From: Podarcis pityusensis
Taxonomy: Eukaryota
Direction: 5' to 3' (one strand)
DNA: 64,000 nucleotides
Assembly: GCA_964106645.2 (NCBI GenBank)
Contig: OZ067040.1
A model generated the notes under the pieces. It worked only from the letters and a program-made list of their open reading frames with translations. It did not search any database and was not told the DNA's origin. A program made the translations under genes and the position numbers. Positions 10,769-22,720 of the stretch are shown one piece after another (the stretch's first letter is position 1; the number at the start of each line of letters is the position of its first letter).

Positions 10769-12718
10769 TCATGAGTGTGAGTGATCTGAATCAGGTATAC
10801 CACTGTCTCTGTAGCTTCTGTTACTGCTGCTTTCACTGTGGTTGTTTTTGTATAGATTCATCCCATTAGGTGGGAATATGGTATGTATTACAAATTCCTC
10901 CTTGGACACTTGTTCATTGTTCAGAGATATCATCTGAAAAGAAGTCTCCCTGATTTCTAAGATAGAATTGTCCTTCTTTGTTCCAGCTTCAGCATAATCA
11001 TCTTTCCTCCTACGTCCTTTGCTGTACGTACAGTTTCTCGAGAACAAGGACCCATTCCTATGGACATACCAGCAGACTAAAGCCAGCAAAGCTATAGCTA
11101 CTAGTGCCACTGCACCCCCTATGATGGCAGCCAAGGGCAAGCTAGAATTTTTGTATGGTTCTTTTTCTTGTTCGTGGTTTAGGGTGGTTGTAGGATTGTA
11201 CATTTTAAGGGGTGCAGTTTCAGTCTCTATACAAACAGGGGTTTCATCAGACAGATAGATGTTACTGGTTTCCATGGGAACCATGCATACACGGTATGGT
11301 GAGTCTGGCTCAAGTGCTGTAAGCAAATAGTCATTCCGGTCTCCTGTAACAATGGTTTCAGTTATAGATCCAAAGGCAGGACTATGACCCATCTTGAGCC
11401 AGCTAAGTCTTAAAGCAGTCATGGGTAGTGCAACTTTCCAAGAAATATGAATAGTCTCGGTGCTTACAGCCTTTACAACAATGGTAATGATTTCCTGTAC
11501 TGGGGTAGCGGTTGTTCTGTAGTTTTTATGTGGATTAGGAGTCTTCATTTCAGGTGATTTGGTCACAGAAACTGGCCAGTGTCCTTGCACAGGGTATAAA
11601 GTGTTTGGTACTGAAGCAGTAATTTGGATAGTGCTTACAATATCCTCATCTTTGCAATCAAATAGCTCTGAATTGAGGTCTTTGATAGCCATCCCACGAA
11701 CTTTCTCTGGGGCTTGACACATCAGTCCACGTACATTAACTCTGAGAGGCAGCATTTGCAACCAGTCACGAACCCATTTCATTTTGCACCCGCAGTGCCA
11801 AGGGTTGTTGCGAAGAAACAATTGGGTTATATTGTCCAGGTCATCGAAGACACCCTGAGGTAAATTACTGAGATTATTATTGGACATATCTAGCCGATAC
11901 AACTGTCGTAGGTACGCAAAAGCATTAGCTGATACATGATTTATATGGTTTTCTTGTAGATAAAGCTTTCTCAGATTTGTTCCTGGCAAATTTATTGGAG
12001 CTGCTGTAAGGGAATTACGGACCAATGAGAGTTCTGTTAAATTGACTAGATTCGTAAAGACTTTCTCGCCTAATCCATGATTGCTTAAGAGATTTCCATC
12101 TAAAACTAGACGTTTTAGATTTGTAAGGTCTTGAAGGGACAGCTCCGAAATTGTGGAAATGCGATTATCATCCAAGCGCAGTTCTTCTATTGTTTTAGGC
12201 AAGCCCCAGGGAATGGTGCTAAGGTGATTTCGGGAAAGAAAAAGAAGTCTAAGATAGATATTATCCCGGAATGCTCCATCTTCAATACTAACTGCAGAAA
12301 CAGAGTTATCATCCAAATGTAATTCTTCCAGATAAGGAATTTGTGAAAGTGAATCATAAGTAATTGTCCTTATGTTATTTTCCTGCAAATGCAATTCTTT
12401 GACGTACTTTGGGAGGTTGGTAGGGAACTCATCCAAGCTGTTGTGGTATAAATAAATTCTCTCCACTTTGATCAAGGTTTTTAGCTCAGAAGGAATTCCA
12501 GCATTATTGATTTGATTGTTCTGAAGGTAAAGGGTTGTAGCGTCCTCTGGAATCCCAGTAGGAATTGATGTTAAGTCACGATCATTGCAGTAAATGAATC
12601 CTGCATCACAGCGGCATGCTGAAGGGCAGGACTTGGCACTGACAGAGTGAGGTGCCATTTTGAGCAAAAGCCCTATCTTTGTCCAAATTAGGATGAAATT
12701 CCAGGTTGCACTGATCAT
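10769..12718 (-). CDS. FLRT3: Fibronectin leucine-rich transmembrane protein 3, 649 aa, whole CDS in one exon
   Basis: The ORF has a signal peptide (MISATWN...), LRRNT (CPSACRCD), about 10 LRRs, LRRCT (NPWHCGC), an FN3 domain, a TM helix ([24 protein letters not shown]) and the tail GRRRKDDY...[14 protein letters not shown]. It closely matches mammalian FLRT3 as I recall it. The ATG at 12718 has ACCATG context. The ORF track start at 12724 is a TTG, and an in-frame TAG lies further upstream. Confidence 0.98.
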   Translation of the reverse strand: MISATWNFILIWTKIGLLLKMAPHSVSAKSCPSACRCDAGFIYCNDRDLTSIPTGIPEDATTLYLQNNQINNAGIPSELKTLIKVERIYLYHNSLDEFPTNLPKYVKELHLQENNIRTITYDSLSQIPYLEELHLDDNSVSAVSIEDGAFRDNIYLRLLFLSRNHLSTIPWGLPKTIEELRLDDNRISTISELSLQDLTNLKRLVLDGNLLSNHGLGEKVFTNLVNLTELSLVRNSLTAAPINLPGTNLRKLYLQENHINHVSANAFAYLRQLYRLDMSNNNLSNLPQGVFDDLDNITQLFLRNNPWHCGCKMKWVRDWLQMLPLRVNVRGLMCQAPEKVRGMAIKDLNSELFDCKDEDIVSTIQITASVPNTLYPVQGHWPVSVTKSPEMKTPNPHKNYRTTATPVQEIITIVVKAVSTETIHISWKVALPMTALRLSWLKMGHSPAFGSITETIVTGDRNDYLLTALEPDSPYRVCMVPMETSNIYLSDETPVCIETETAPLKMYNPTTTLNHEQEKEPYKNSSLPLAAIIGGAVALVAIALLALVCWYVHRNGSLFSRNCTYSKGRRRKDDYAEAGTKKDNSILEIRETSFQMISLNNEQVSKEEFVIHTIFPPNGMNLYKNNHSESSSNRSYRDSGIPDSDHSHS

Positions 12719-12790
12719 GGTCAAGTTGCAGTGAGGTTTGCCCAGAGACTAGTGTTTGGTTTTCAGCAATCTAGAGAAAAAAATCAGATT
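12719..12790 (-). other. FLRT3: Splice acceptor and 52-nt 5' UTR part of the FLRT3 coding exon (exon begins at 12770)
   Basis: The minus strand reads ctgatttttttctctag|ATTGCTGAAAACC...TTGACCATG, with the AG at 12772-12771. Confidence 0.85.
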
Positions 12791-15440
12791 AATAGTAGAG
12801 TACAGTGAAGTATCACTTTGAAATGAAAACAACATATCTAACAGCATAGTCCTATGTATGTTTAATTGAAGATAAGTCATAGTGTGTTAAATGGGGATTG
12901 CTTGCTTATACATTATAGCTTGCTGTGCTGGCATAGGAACTTTTTTTTAAAAAAAGAAACTTCAGTAACCTTCTGCATGTACACAGTTCACCCCACAATC
13001 GTTTGAATTTGAGCAGTTGCCTTGTACTCATAAGATGCAGGCACAATGTTACCTAAATTCACTACTTTAGCACATTATGATACTGAAATTCATCTTTAAG
13101 TATTCAAACTCTCCTTAGACCACTGTTTTTTTCTGAAGTATGAAAACTGAGTGAATAATTAGACAGGACACACTGCATGGTAACTAATAATGAACAGTGA
13201 TGAAATGTGTTCCCTGTCTTCAACTATTTCATTGGAAGTACAATAAAGGAGTTAAACCTAAGTGGAAGCTTAAATATAGAACAGATTTCTCTTCTGCCTC
13301 AAGTAGATGGCATAGTGACAAAATTTTCATTTTAAACAGAATTGTCAGCTTAGTAATACTAGAGACATGAAAGTTTGCACAAACCTCTTGAAACATGTGA
13401 TATAATCAGTTATTTCAATATTGCTTGTATATTACTTCATGGGTTAGGGTGAAATCCTAACCTTGCATACTCAGGTAAATTCCAGGTAGGTGGGAAAAGG
13501 ATTGCAGCCTTGGGATACTAATGATTTTCCTTAGTCATATAAAATAAAATAAGGTATGGAATATCTGTATTTTATATCATAAGGATTATTTTTTCTATTG
13601 ACCTGTAAAATTAAAAAGAAACAAAACAAGTTTTTGAAACTATTTTGTTTTCCAGCAAAATGAACTGGTGTGCAATGAAAAACTTCTCTTGCTGTTGGAG
13701 CAATACCGGTTGTGGTAATTAGGAGGAGTAACTCATTAAACATACTATGTTTTAATACCTGATATTTGACAAGACTTTAAAGATGCATAGTTTCCTTCGC
13801 TTTGCCACTGCCTATTTAATTAATTTGTCATATCCACTAACCCATTTTAAAAAATATTTCTTTGGCAGTGCTTGCTTCTGTGTTGTTAACTTTTAGTTCT
13901 CTTTTATCTGTAGAATGTGATCATTGCAATGGTTTACTTTCGTGACCAGTGGATCTTAATTGTTCCACTTTCTAAAATAATATTTTGTTATGGAACCTAC
14001 CTTATTTAAAGATGCGAGGGAACCTTTTGTGCTTGCTAGAATCCAGTTGGCATACGATTTTCTAGAAACCAAGTTGGCTTGGAGAAATTTATAGTTTAGT
14101 TCACGCAGCTGTATTTCCTTCACAGTACTTACTTAAATGATGCTTGTGAGTATAATATCTTTCCTGGTGAGCTCCACTATGTTCAATGAACATTCCAATA
14201 AAGTTTCATCATGGTAAATAAGCACATCAGGCTGTTGAAGATAAAAGCTTCAGTTTCTGTTACTCTGCAGGAATGAGACTTTGAAGAAGAGGGAAGAGGG
14301 TTCTCTCTCCTTTTACCCCCAAGTGTGTGTGAACAACTTCTTTAACAAAAAAATTCTCAAATGCTTAGAAGTTCTTTTCATAATGTTGTGGCTAGAGATG
14401 GTAACTTCAGCTCTGTGTGCTCAAAACAATTCGTGATGTTAAGGCTTGAATCATGATAGCTTCTTTTTTTCTGTCCACAATCATCCAACTATAAACTTTG
14501 AATGTTGATGTGTCCTGATAAATCCATGCCTGCTGGGCTACACCATTCACTTAGTGCTTGATCCGAATTTCCAGCTCAGCATATTTCCTCATTCTGTCTG
14601 AAAATGCCAGGTGCTCACTTCAGATGGTTTTTGTTTTAATTCACAGGCTTTTCTTGGGGAAACCAAAACATGCTAATACCAGTGACAGGGTTTCCTTTCT
14701 AAAATTTCATTCAGTTGGTGCCTGTAAAAGTAAGGAAAAAGCAAATTGTTATCCAAAAGTGATGATGAATTGCCTTGTGCAAACTTTTCTTGACTTAGCA
14801 TTTCTACAATAATATAGCCTCATTATGGGAGTACTAATAGAGCAAAAATTTGAAGTTCTTGTATCAGATACACAGCTAAGTTCAGCATTGGAAGAAATTG
14901 GTCTCAACAAAACAGCAATGGAAGTCAGCTTTGATCAACGGACCAAAGAGAAACTGTTTTGCAAATGTGACACATGACTCTTTAGATTACAAATAGAGGC
15001 CTAGGTGCAGTGGATGGCATGCATACTACTGTTCATGGTCTTCTGCATTCAGGAAGCAAGACAGTTGCCGATAGTTTAAAATGTAAATCAGCAAAGGTAT
15101 AATAACAATTTCTAATGCTCAGGTGTCTGTCTTAGTGACTGTAGTTCCGAATTTATTCTCCAGGAGGAGGTAGTTAATTACAGTGCTGAACATTTCTAAA
15201 GTGTACAGTTAGGTTGAAAATTGAATATAATATTGTATTAACTATATTTTGACAATACGAGGATCCTTTTGGACCAGTCCTGCAGACTGATGCATTGCCA
15301 GGCTAGATTGTTCTACACAAGCAAGAAGAATGCTATGTTGTAATGAAAAACGTCATTTAAATGGTTTTTATGTCTGCATGTGGGTAACCTTTCCTTCTCA
15401 TCTGGAAATTTAAACCCAGCAAATATGACTGCAATTCTAA

Positions 15441-15710
15441 GAAGGGCAAGTAGCGTAGCTCAGTAGCTGAGCATATATTTTCTATGTGAAAAACCCTAAG
15501 TTCAGTCCCACTACCAGTGAATAGACCATGGGGTAAGGAACTTGTCGCCCATCAGCCCTAACCAGCAAGGCCAGTCAGTGGTCAGGGATTATTGGAGTGG
15601 TAATTCCTCACACGTTCCTCACCCGCAGTATAGATGATACTGAGGTAGATGGGCCATTGACCTAACTCTCTTTAAGAGGGGAGGAGGGGGTAGCAAGGCT
15701 TCCTATGTTA
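15441..15710 (+). mobile_element. Old tRNA-headed SINE with a degenerate hAT MITE nested at about 15527-15626
   Basis: Head GTAGCTCAGTAGCTGAGCAT and tail ATACTGAGGTAGATGGGCCA...CTTCCTATGTT. The interior carries the GTGGTCAGGGAT MITE arm. Confidence 0.5.
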
Positions 15711-18700
15711 ATAAGTACACGGAATACAGCAGGACTAAAAATGTGTGTGCATCCTTACGTTTGCCATGCACACTAAAATCTGCTTCACCTTTTACATTGA
15801 ATCAGTTCTAATTAGAAATGAGTTTCTAAAGTACTCATTAGTACACACCAAAACATCTGTTAGACTATTGCTAGGTAATGTACACATTTCCAGTGTATGT
15901 GAAATAGTACAAATGTTCAGTTTCCTTTTTCTACCTTGTGCAACTCAGTCGTGTAAACACTGTCTTTCCTGTGCCACCATTGACTATTGGTACAGTGTAA
16001 TTCCAGTCAAAGTATAATGCGACATTTGTTCAAAATTAATGTAAAGCGTTTCTGTTGTGATATGTAACATGGTTAAATATTTGGTGTTTACCTATGGATT
16101 TCAGAATGTAACAGTCATCATCATCAGTTCTTAAGAGATATGAATATATTAAAAATACGGTACTGAAACAAAATGAAATTTTCTGAAGTGATTAGTGATA
16201 AAAGACTTAAGACTGCATAGCACCATTACCTTGAAATGAAATGTAAAACAACAACTGAAGCCTGATAAATACCTTGGAAGACATCGCTCAATTAGCAAGT
16301 AGCCTTATTTGTTCAGCTGTCTAAATACTGAGGATACTATGAGGTTCTAAAGTTTATAATCTGTTTTTGAACTTCATAATCCACTTTGGTTAACCAGCAA
16401 AGGAGGAATTACTATAGGTTTTTTTATAGTAAGACTGAGTAATAGGAAAGTAGTTTCAAGTAACAGAGAATAATTTATTTAGCAGAAGACATATAATGTG
16501 TGTAGGAATTAAATGTTAAACTACCTAAGTGATTAATTAAAGATAGTGGATTTTAAGTAGTATTGTTCTTGGGAAATGGATATCAAACTTAAATTGCTTG
16601 TAGAGCATGTTTGGATACCTTACCTAGAGCAAAGAATGTACTTGTTTCTGGGAATAGAAAACTTTTATTTCACTTACCAAATGTTTCAAATGCATTCCCT
16701 TTTGGACTGTTTGATATTCAAGCCATCACTTATTGACCCTATTGTATTAGCAGCAATGTTGGATTAAAATGAAAGCACTAAAGCTCATTAAGTTCTTGGG
16801 TTTTTAAAATCCCTACTCTCAAAATTACATCAAAACAAAAGGATAAAATAAAGCAAGTTTCATTGGAGGGGAAAAAAGACTGTTTCAAAAATGTGGATTA
16901 AGCTTCCAGCCCCCCTACCCCTTCTTTCAGCCAGAAGGGAACAGTTTTCTTTAGTTTTTATTTAATTTGATATCTTGCACTTCGCTTTTATATTCCAAGC
17001 TAGTGCTGAAAACAATGTGTTTGCATAATAAAGGCAGCAATGATCTGTCTCTACAGAAGGGAATCCTGCTGCCTTGCTCAGCCTTCTCTTTTCTAGAGCT
17101 GTCCTTACATATTCCCTGACATCAAGTCATTATAGCTGAGTTTGCAGGATGAAAAGAGAAATGCCCCCCACTGTTCAGAGACACTGTGGCCAGGTTTTCA
17201 CAACATCAAATTGTGAGCTTCATGGGCCCATGGTTTTGAAAGAGAACATTAATTTTGAACAAAACAAAAAGACAATGGAAGAAATCCTGGTGCACAAACA
17301 TTTTTTTAAAAAACAGAAAGATGTACAGTACTAGTTTTTAACTCTACCATTTCTCAATATATTAGTACCATGCTTGAAAAACTGTGGTGATAAATTCCTG
17401 TGGTGCCCAATTTATTTGTTCAATCAGTTGGTAATTAAAACATTTAGCTATTCAGACCTGAGAAACTATAGTGTGTCAAAGGCAGCACTGCACAAAAGGA
17501 CCCTTTTTACTCTAAATATTAAAGGTAACATAAATATATTTATAACCAAAACTCTGATTTTAGTACTTTATGCTACGATGTGGGTCAACTGCCTATCCTA
17601 AAACTTTAAAAAAGTAGTTAGAATATGTGAATTTGTGTCTTCATTTATGATACACTGATGTGAAAGGCTATGCTTTCATTCTAGCAACTATCCACAGCAG
17701 TGTTCTGAAGATTCAGATATATCTCTTTAGGCTATAAATGTCAACAGCGTGACAACCAGAATTAATTCAGCTTTGCTGTACAAAAGTGATTGTTCAGCGA
17801 TTTTGGTTTTGCATAGCCATTTGATTTATTTCATAGTGCCCTCTGTGGATTGAAGAAAGTGTCTGCTCCTATATATAATGTGCTCAAGTGCGTTGAGATT
17901 ATTGCTTTGGACTTCTATGAGCCATTCAAAAGCAGGGATATTTTCAATAAGCTTTGCTTGTTATAATGTTAATTTGGTTAAACATGACTCAGTTGTATTG
18001 AAAATGAAGTGTGCAACGTGTTTTCTTAGGTGTACTACTCAGGGTTGGTTAGTAGTGACAGCAAAATATTTTCTAAGCACCCTGTTTCATGAGCATGGGG
18101 ACCCTCATCTTTTGTTTAAAGTTAGGCAAGCAGAAGAAGCTTAAAATATCCTTGTGATGGCTAAAGAATGTAAAGCTTTGTTGAGAAGTTGGGCTTCTGA
18201 GTCTCTACTTTCTTTTAGCGACATTTTCTTTGGCTTATGGAAATAACCATATTTAAGAATTGTTTCACATTGAAATAGCAAATCATTTCCAAGTGTTATT
18301 CGTTACATTAAGCACGATCACTGGAGTAAACAGTTTCCCCATAAGTTTTAAATTAAGGTTCTGTAAAACGAAACTAATGTGAGTTGGTATGATCACCTAT
18401 CTTAGCCTTTCCCATGCTAAAGCTGGTAGTAAATTTGCATTTTTGTAGTATATATGAAGGCCACCATTATTTGCTGGCGAACATAAATATGATTATGCTT
18501 ATTCCATGAAAATACAACTTAAAAAAAGTAACTCCCATTGAGAAGATATAGATGATCCCTAACTTTTAAATGTAAGAAGTGTAATGAGCTGCCCACCCCC
18601 TCCCGAAAAGCATGAACTCTTATTTGTTCATAAATTGCAGTAGGGAACAGTAAATAGCACTTTGCAATCCTGGCCCTAGCCATCCTCATTTGGCAGGAAG

Positions 18701-20592
18701 AGCCACTGATTTCAGTGGTGCTTGCTTGCACATCAGTAGGTTTAGGTATGCAGCCTTACAGTGTTGGCCTCTGCATTTTTACTCAGTAAGTAAGTCCCTC
18801 TGAGTTTAATGGTACTTAACTCCAAGTAACTGTATTTAGGATTGCAGTGTTTGTCAGCTGTAGCTTGTAGCTTACCTTTAGAAAGCTGCTAAACTCACCT
18901 AGTCACAATTAGAGAACAATTGCTTTGACTTGTTTAAAAATTTTGGACCAATCTTTGCTTTCATATATTTTACCAAAGTGGTACTTGGAGTAGGCCTTAA
19001 CAAATTCTTGGCACACCTCAAGCTCAAGCACACCTCATACTTTAATATTTTTTGTCTTTCTTACTTTCTGATAGCTTATGTGTTGTTGGGTAGGAACTGC
19101 TTTTACACTTCCAAGTGATGTATTTTACTTTAATACTACTAGATTTATATTGAACTATTCTAATGCTGATATTTGAAAATAAATTACTGCCTTGTTTTGC
19201 TAACATCAGTTTTTAACATTGCAATGTATTTCTTGTCTGTTTACTTATGATTCTTAAGCACACTTAGATGTAAGCATATTCCACTGAAATCAGTTGAACA
19301 TATTTCCATGTGATTGGGGTGTCATAAATATTAACTCACATCCTGATTCAACTGAAATAAACGTCAGGATTTGCACCTTCAACCCAGAGGAGAAATATGT
19401 ATTGTTGGCACCTAATACACATTATATCTATATATAGCTTTTAAAAAATAACACAGAAAGTACACACTCATACTCTATCTTGCCTCTTTCAAATTCAGAA
19501 AACAAAAAAAAAATTACAAAAATACAAATAAAGATAAATACAGATATAGAAAAAGATTACTTTTTTTCCTTTAAGACAGGACTCTTTTCCCCCCCTCAAG
19601 GCTCAGATTTCTGTGACTTTAGTGTAGAAATTTTGCCCACTGGGGGGTAGCACACACTGCAAGAAATCTCTTTTCAGCGGCTGCAAGTCTGCCTTTCCCC
19701 TCCAATGCTGTTGTCCAGTTTCTCTGTTTTAATCACAAATGCTTCTGGAGAGAGAACACTGAAGGATTCTAAGGGGGTGGGGTGCAAAAAGCATTTACAA
19801 TACTTCTAATGGCAATATTAATATTAAATTCATATGCCCAGGAGAATGAGCTCTAAAACTTAATATCATTTGAAGTTTTCTTCAGTAATGTAAATCCGGT
19901 TTGATGCTAGGAAGGTGGCCATAGCTACTTAAAGGAAAAGACATAGAGCTGGGGGGAAAACTTTGAGTGGAAGGTAATTATAATGGTAAATAATTCTGGA
20001 AATTTGAACAGTCACTGGGAGAGAATTGGATGTCAGACTAAAATTCTAATCCTAGGAATCTTGTGCACTTAAATCTAGTATATTAAATGTCATAAATTAT
20101 GTTTCTTTACCTCGCTAGACATAGGTAAATAAACATTAACAATAAAAATACAGTGCAGCCAGGCTTCAGTGGCACAAACTGTAGCTTTCCCTCAAACTCT
20201 TCAGTTTTAATCCAGATAATAAATTTGTAAAAGCTTCCTGTATATAAGAAGTAGTATTATAAACATAGCTTGAACTTCTTATTGCTTGGAGAGTATAGTC
20301 TCCCATAGGAAACAGAGCAAGTGATAATAATCTTCCAAAGCCTGACAGACCCTAAATTTCAATTAAACTTTCCCCAACTTGTTTCACTTGATAGGAAAGA
20401 ACTGTAATTGACTATAAAATAATAGCTTGTGAATGCCTCATCCTCAACACTACCTAGCGTGATCCCATTGTGGAAGTAATTTTAATTGTCCAGTGATTTC
20501 ACATTTTATAGGAACAAGTTGGTGTAAGTAAGGCTTCAGCTTATACATGGCAGTCCCTTTCTATAAACTCTTTTTAAAAAGTAGATAATTAA

Positions 20593-20655
20593 TCTCTACC
20601 TCTACCCCTCTCTCCCTCCCTCCCTCCCTCCCTCTCTCTCTCTCTCTCTCTCTCT
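20593..20655. repeat. (CCCT)n/(CT)n polypyrimidine tract
   Basis: Seen directly. Confidence 0.95.
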
Positions 20656-22218
20656 AGCAAATGCCCACTGATTGTAGTATTCATTTAGTTCTGTGCATAA
20701 CCGTGAATTGTCTTTGCATTACTTCCTCCAACTTTGTGACTGTAGTGATTCCTGCAGTTTCAAAGTTACAGCTTAAATAAATCATGTAATTCACTTCTTA
20801 AATTGCTTACTGAATTTTAGGTTTTGAAACTGAAAAAAGAAAGATAAATTACATGGAAAGCATGAAGCTTTGTTAAGTGGACCGTGCTTTCTATAGGTTT
20901 TTAATACATTTTCCATAATACTTTTGTAAACCACAGCTCTTGGGCAGATCCAAGCAAAGACTGCAGAAGAAAAATAAACTAAAATAGCAATTTACATGCA
21001 CATGCAACAGTCACAGTGTAAAATGATACTCCTTTAATTTTGTTCATTAGGCCTTGTTTAACAACTTTTTAATAGTTAATTGTATATCAAAAGGGATATA
21101 GGCTGATATGTTATGGATGCTAACTTAACCAACCAACATGGATAATTTTACAGTTTCTGTTAGGAATTAGGGTTATGCAGCTATGATAGGTTTTGCTTAC
21201 CTTGATCCTTTTTGAGACAGGCCTGTTGCATTCTTAAACTATTTGAAACCATTTTGTTTCACATGCATACCCTAGAGTTTCCTTGTAAATATCAATTGCA
21301 GTGTTTCACTTATGCTGTAGTTAAAAAAAAATACATGGCTGCAGACAGGCTTAAAATATGGAGGCAGCATGAGCTTAACATGTGGAGACAATAGATTTTC
21401 AGAGGACTATGATATTCTAAAAACTTCATGTTTGATATAGCCACAAATGATTCTTTTAAAAATTCAATATGGCAATTTCTGTCCCACTGTTTGCATGAGC
21501 CTCTGTTCAAAAGCTTAGGTCTGTTAATTTGTCTGACTAGATTTATTGGCTTATTATGCACGTCACATACTGTATTTGATCAGGCAATGGCTTTTGCAAT
21601 ACATTAAGGAAAGAATATCATAGTGAGTGTGAGTGGTGGGCTTACGTGCTAAATTGTATCAAGCAATATATGGCTTTAGGATTACGGATTTGGGAAACAG
21701 TAATGCAGGCTTTAAAACCTAGGTGTAGCTGTTTACCCTTTCCCAAAGTTTTTAAAATTCCTCCAAGCAGACGAAGACATTTGCTCCTGGACAGAGCACT
21801 CATTTTCTGTGATGAATTTTTGATTATCTCTTTCCATAGCTGTGAAACTAGTATTGAGAGAACACGCCACATATACAGCATTGGCCACATTGGAAAACAT
21901 GCAGCTTGAATTTTGGTGTGCTCTGTAGCACTTAGTTAAAACACATTTGTAAAGTCTTCCATTTGATGATTTAGACTGGAACGCTTGTAAAGAGCTAGAC
22001 TGAACAATTGTTTCCAACCATCAGACACGTAGCCCCCCTCACCCCACCCTGTAAAAAACCTTGAATTATATACAGTTGCAAGTCCTACTTTTGCTTAACA
22101 TTGTAGTTTAAAAGCAGTTTTCTTCAATCTCCCTTCCAACTCCTCCTGCTATGCTGAATTTTATAATGCCTGGGTGGGAAAAATCAAACTTGAGTGCAAA
22201 TTAGAAGGAATTACTTAC

Positions 22219-22430
22219 CAGTAGGATGAAGTAGAAAATTTATATCTATAAAGAAATTCCATTTATAACTGCACAATAGCAATAATTCCAGTAATGGTTA
22301 TAAAACCCTCAGTTTCAGATTCCACAGACAAAAAGAAGCAGCAGCAACAGCAGCAGCAGCTATTGTATGAGCTCTCGCTATGTCAAATCACTTCTCCCTC
22401 ACTGAGAAGGAGTGAGGGGGGAAGCATTCC
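22219..22430 (-). other. FLRT3: Putative non-coding exon 1 of FLRT3 (intron 12771-22218); 5' boundary approximate
   Basis: Strong donor CTG|GTAAGT at 22219/22218, a CTG repeat within the exon, and an adjacent motif-rich region that retains CpGs. The distance of about 9.5 kb fits the known FLRT3 layout of upstream non-coding exons. Confidence 0.6.
22337..22360. repeat. (AGC)3 AAC (AGC)4 trinucleotide repeat in the putative FLRT3 exon 1
   Basis: Seen directly. Confidence 0.9.
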
Positions 22431-22720
22431 AGTTACGTGCACACAGCCCACCTCCGAAGTCTGAAGTTAAAGCTTTCACCTAACAGTGGTTGAATAAAGA
22501 GGTGATGTCATAAATGGGCAGGTCTTTGGCTCTGCTTCAGTCAGGCAACTGGATAAGCAGGCTGTCAAAAGATTACATTACAGACACCAGAGGGCGCCGG
22601 AGAAGGAAAATCCAGGATTGCATGCCAAAACCAGAGCTGTGCTATATTACAGTTCACCAGCTTTAGATACGTGCCAAAAACATTTCAGTCATCTCCAAAT
22701 CGAGTATTTTTTTCCGTCAG
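22430..22720 (-). promoter_or_regulatory. Putative FLRT3 proximal promoter
   Basis: TACGTG at 22434-22439 and 22668-22673, CRE-like TGATGTCA at 22503-22510, a CTCF-like motif at 22583-22598, and no transposon sequence. Confidence 0.5.
22583..22598 (+). promoter_or_regulatory. CTCF binding motif
   Basis: GACACCAGAGGGCGCC closely matches the CTCF core CCACCAG(A/G)GGGCGC and keeps its CpG. Confidence 0.65.

Noticed and set aside
11019-12322. Plus-strand ORFs overlapping FLRT3
   Set aside because: Short shadow ORFs antisense to a real CDS, with non-ATG starts.
12719-12724. 651-aa version of FLRT3 starting MTM in the ORF track
   Set aside because: That start is a TTG. The ATG at 12718 has good context and gives the 649-aa length known for FLRT3.
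20640-20690. (CT)nTAG|CAAATGCC resembling the start of the short MACROD2 exon encoding NASLLGGGG
   Set aside because: The sequence does not go on to encode SLLGGGG, and no donor follows at 30 nt.
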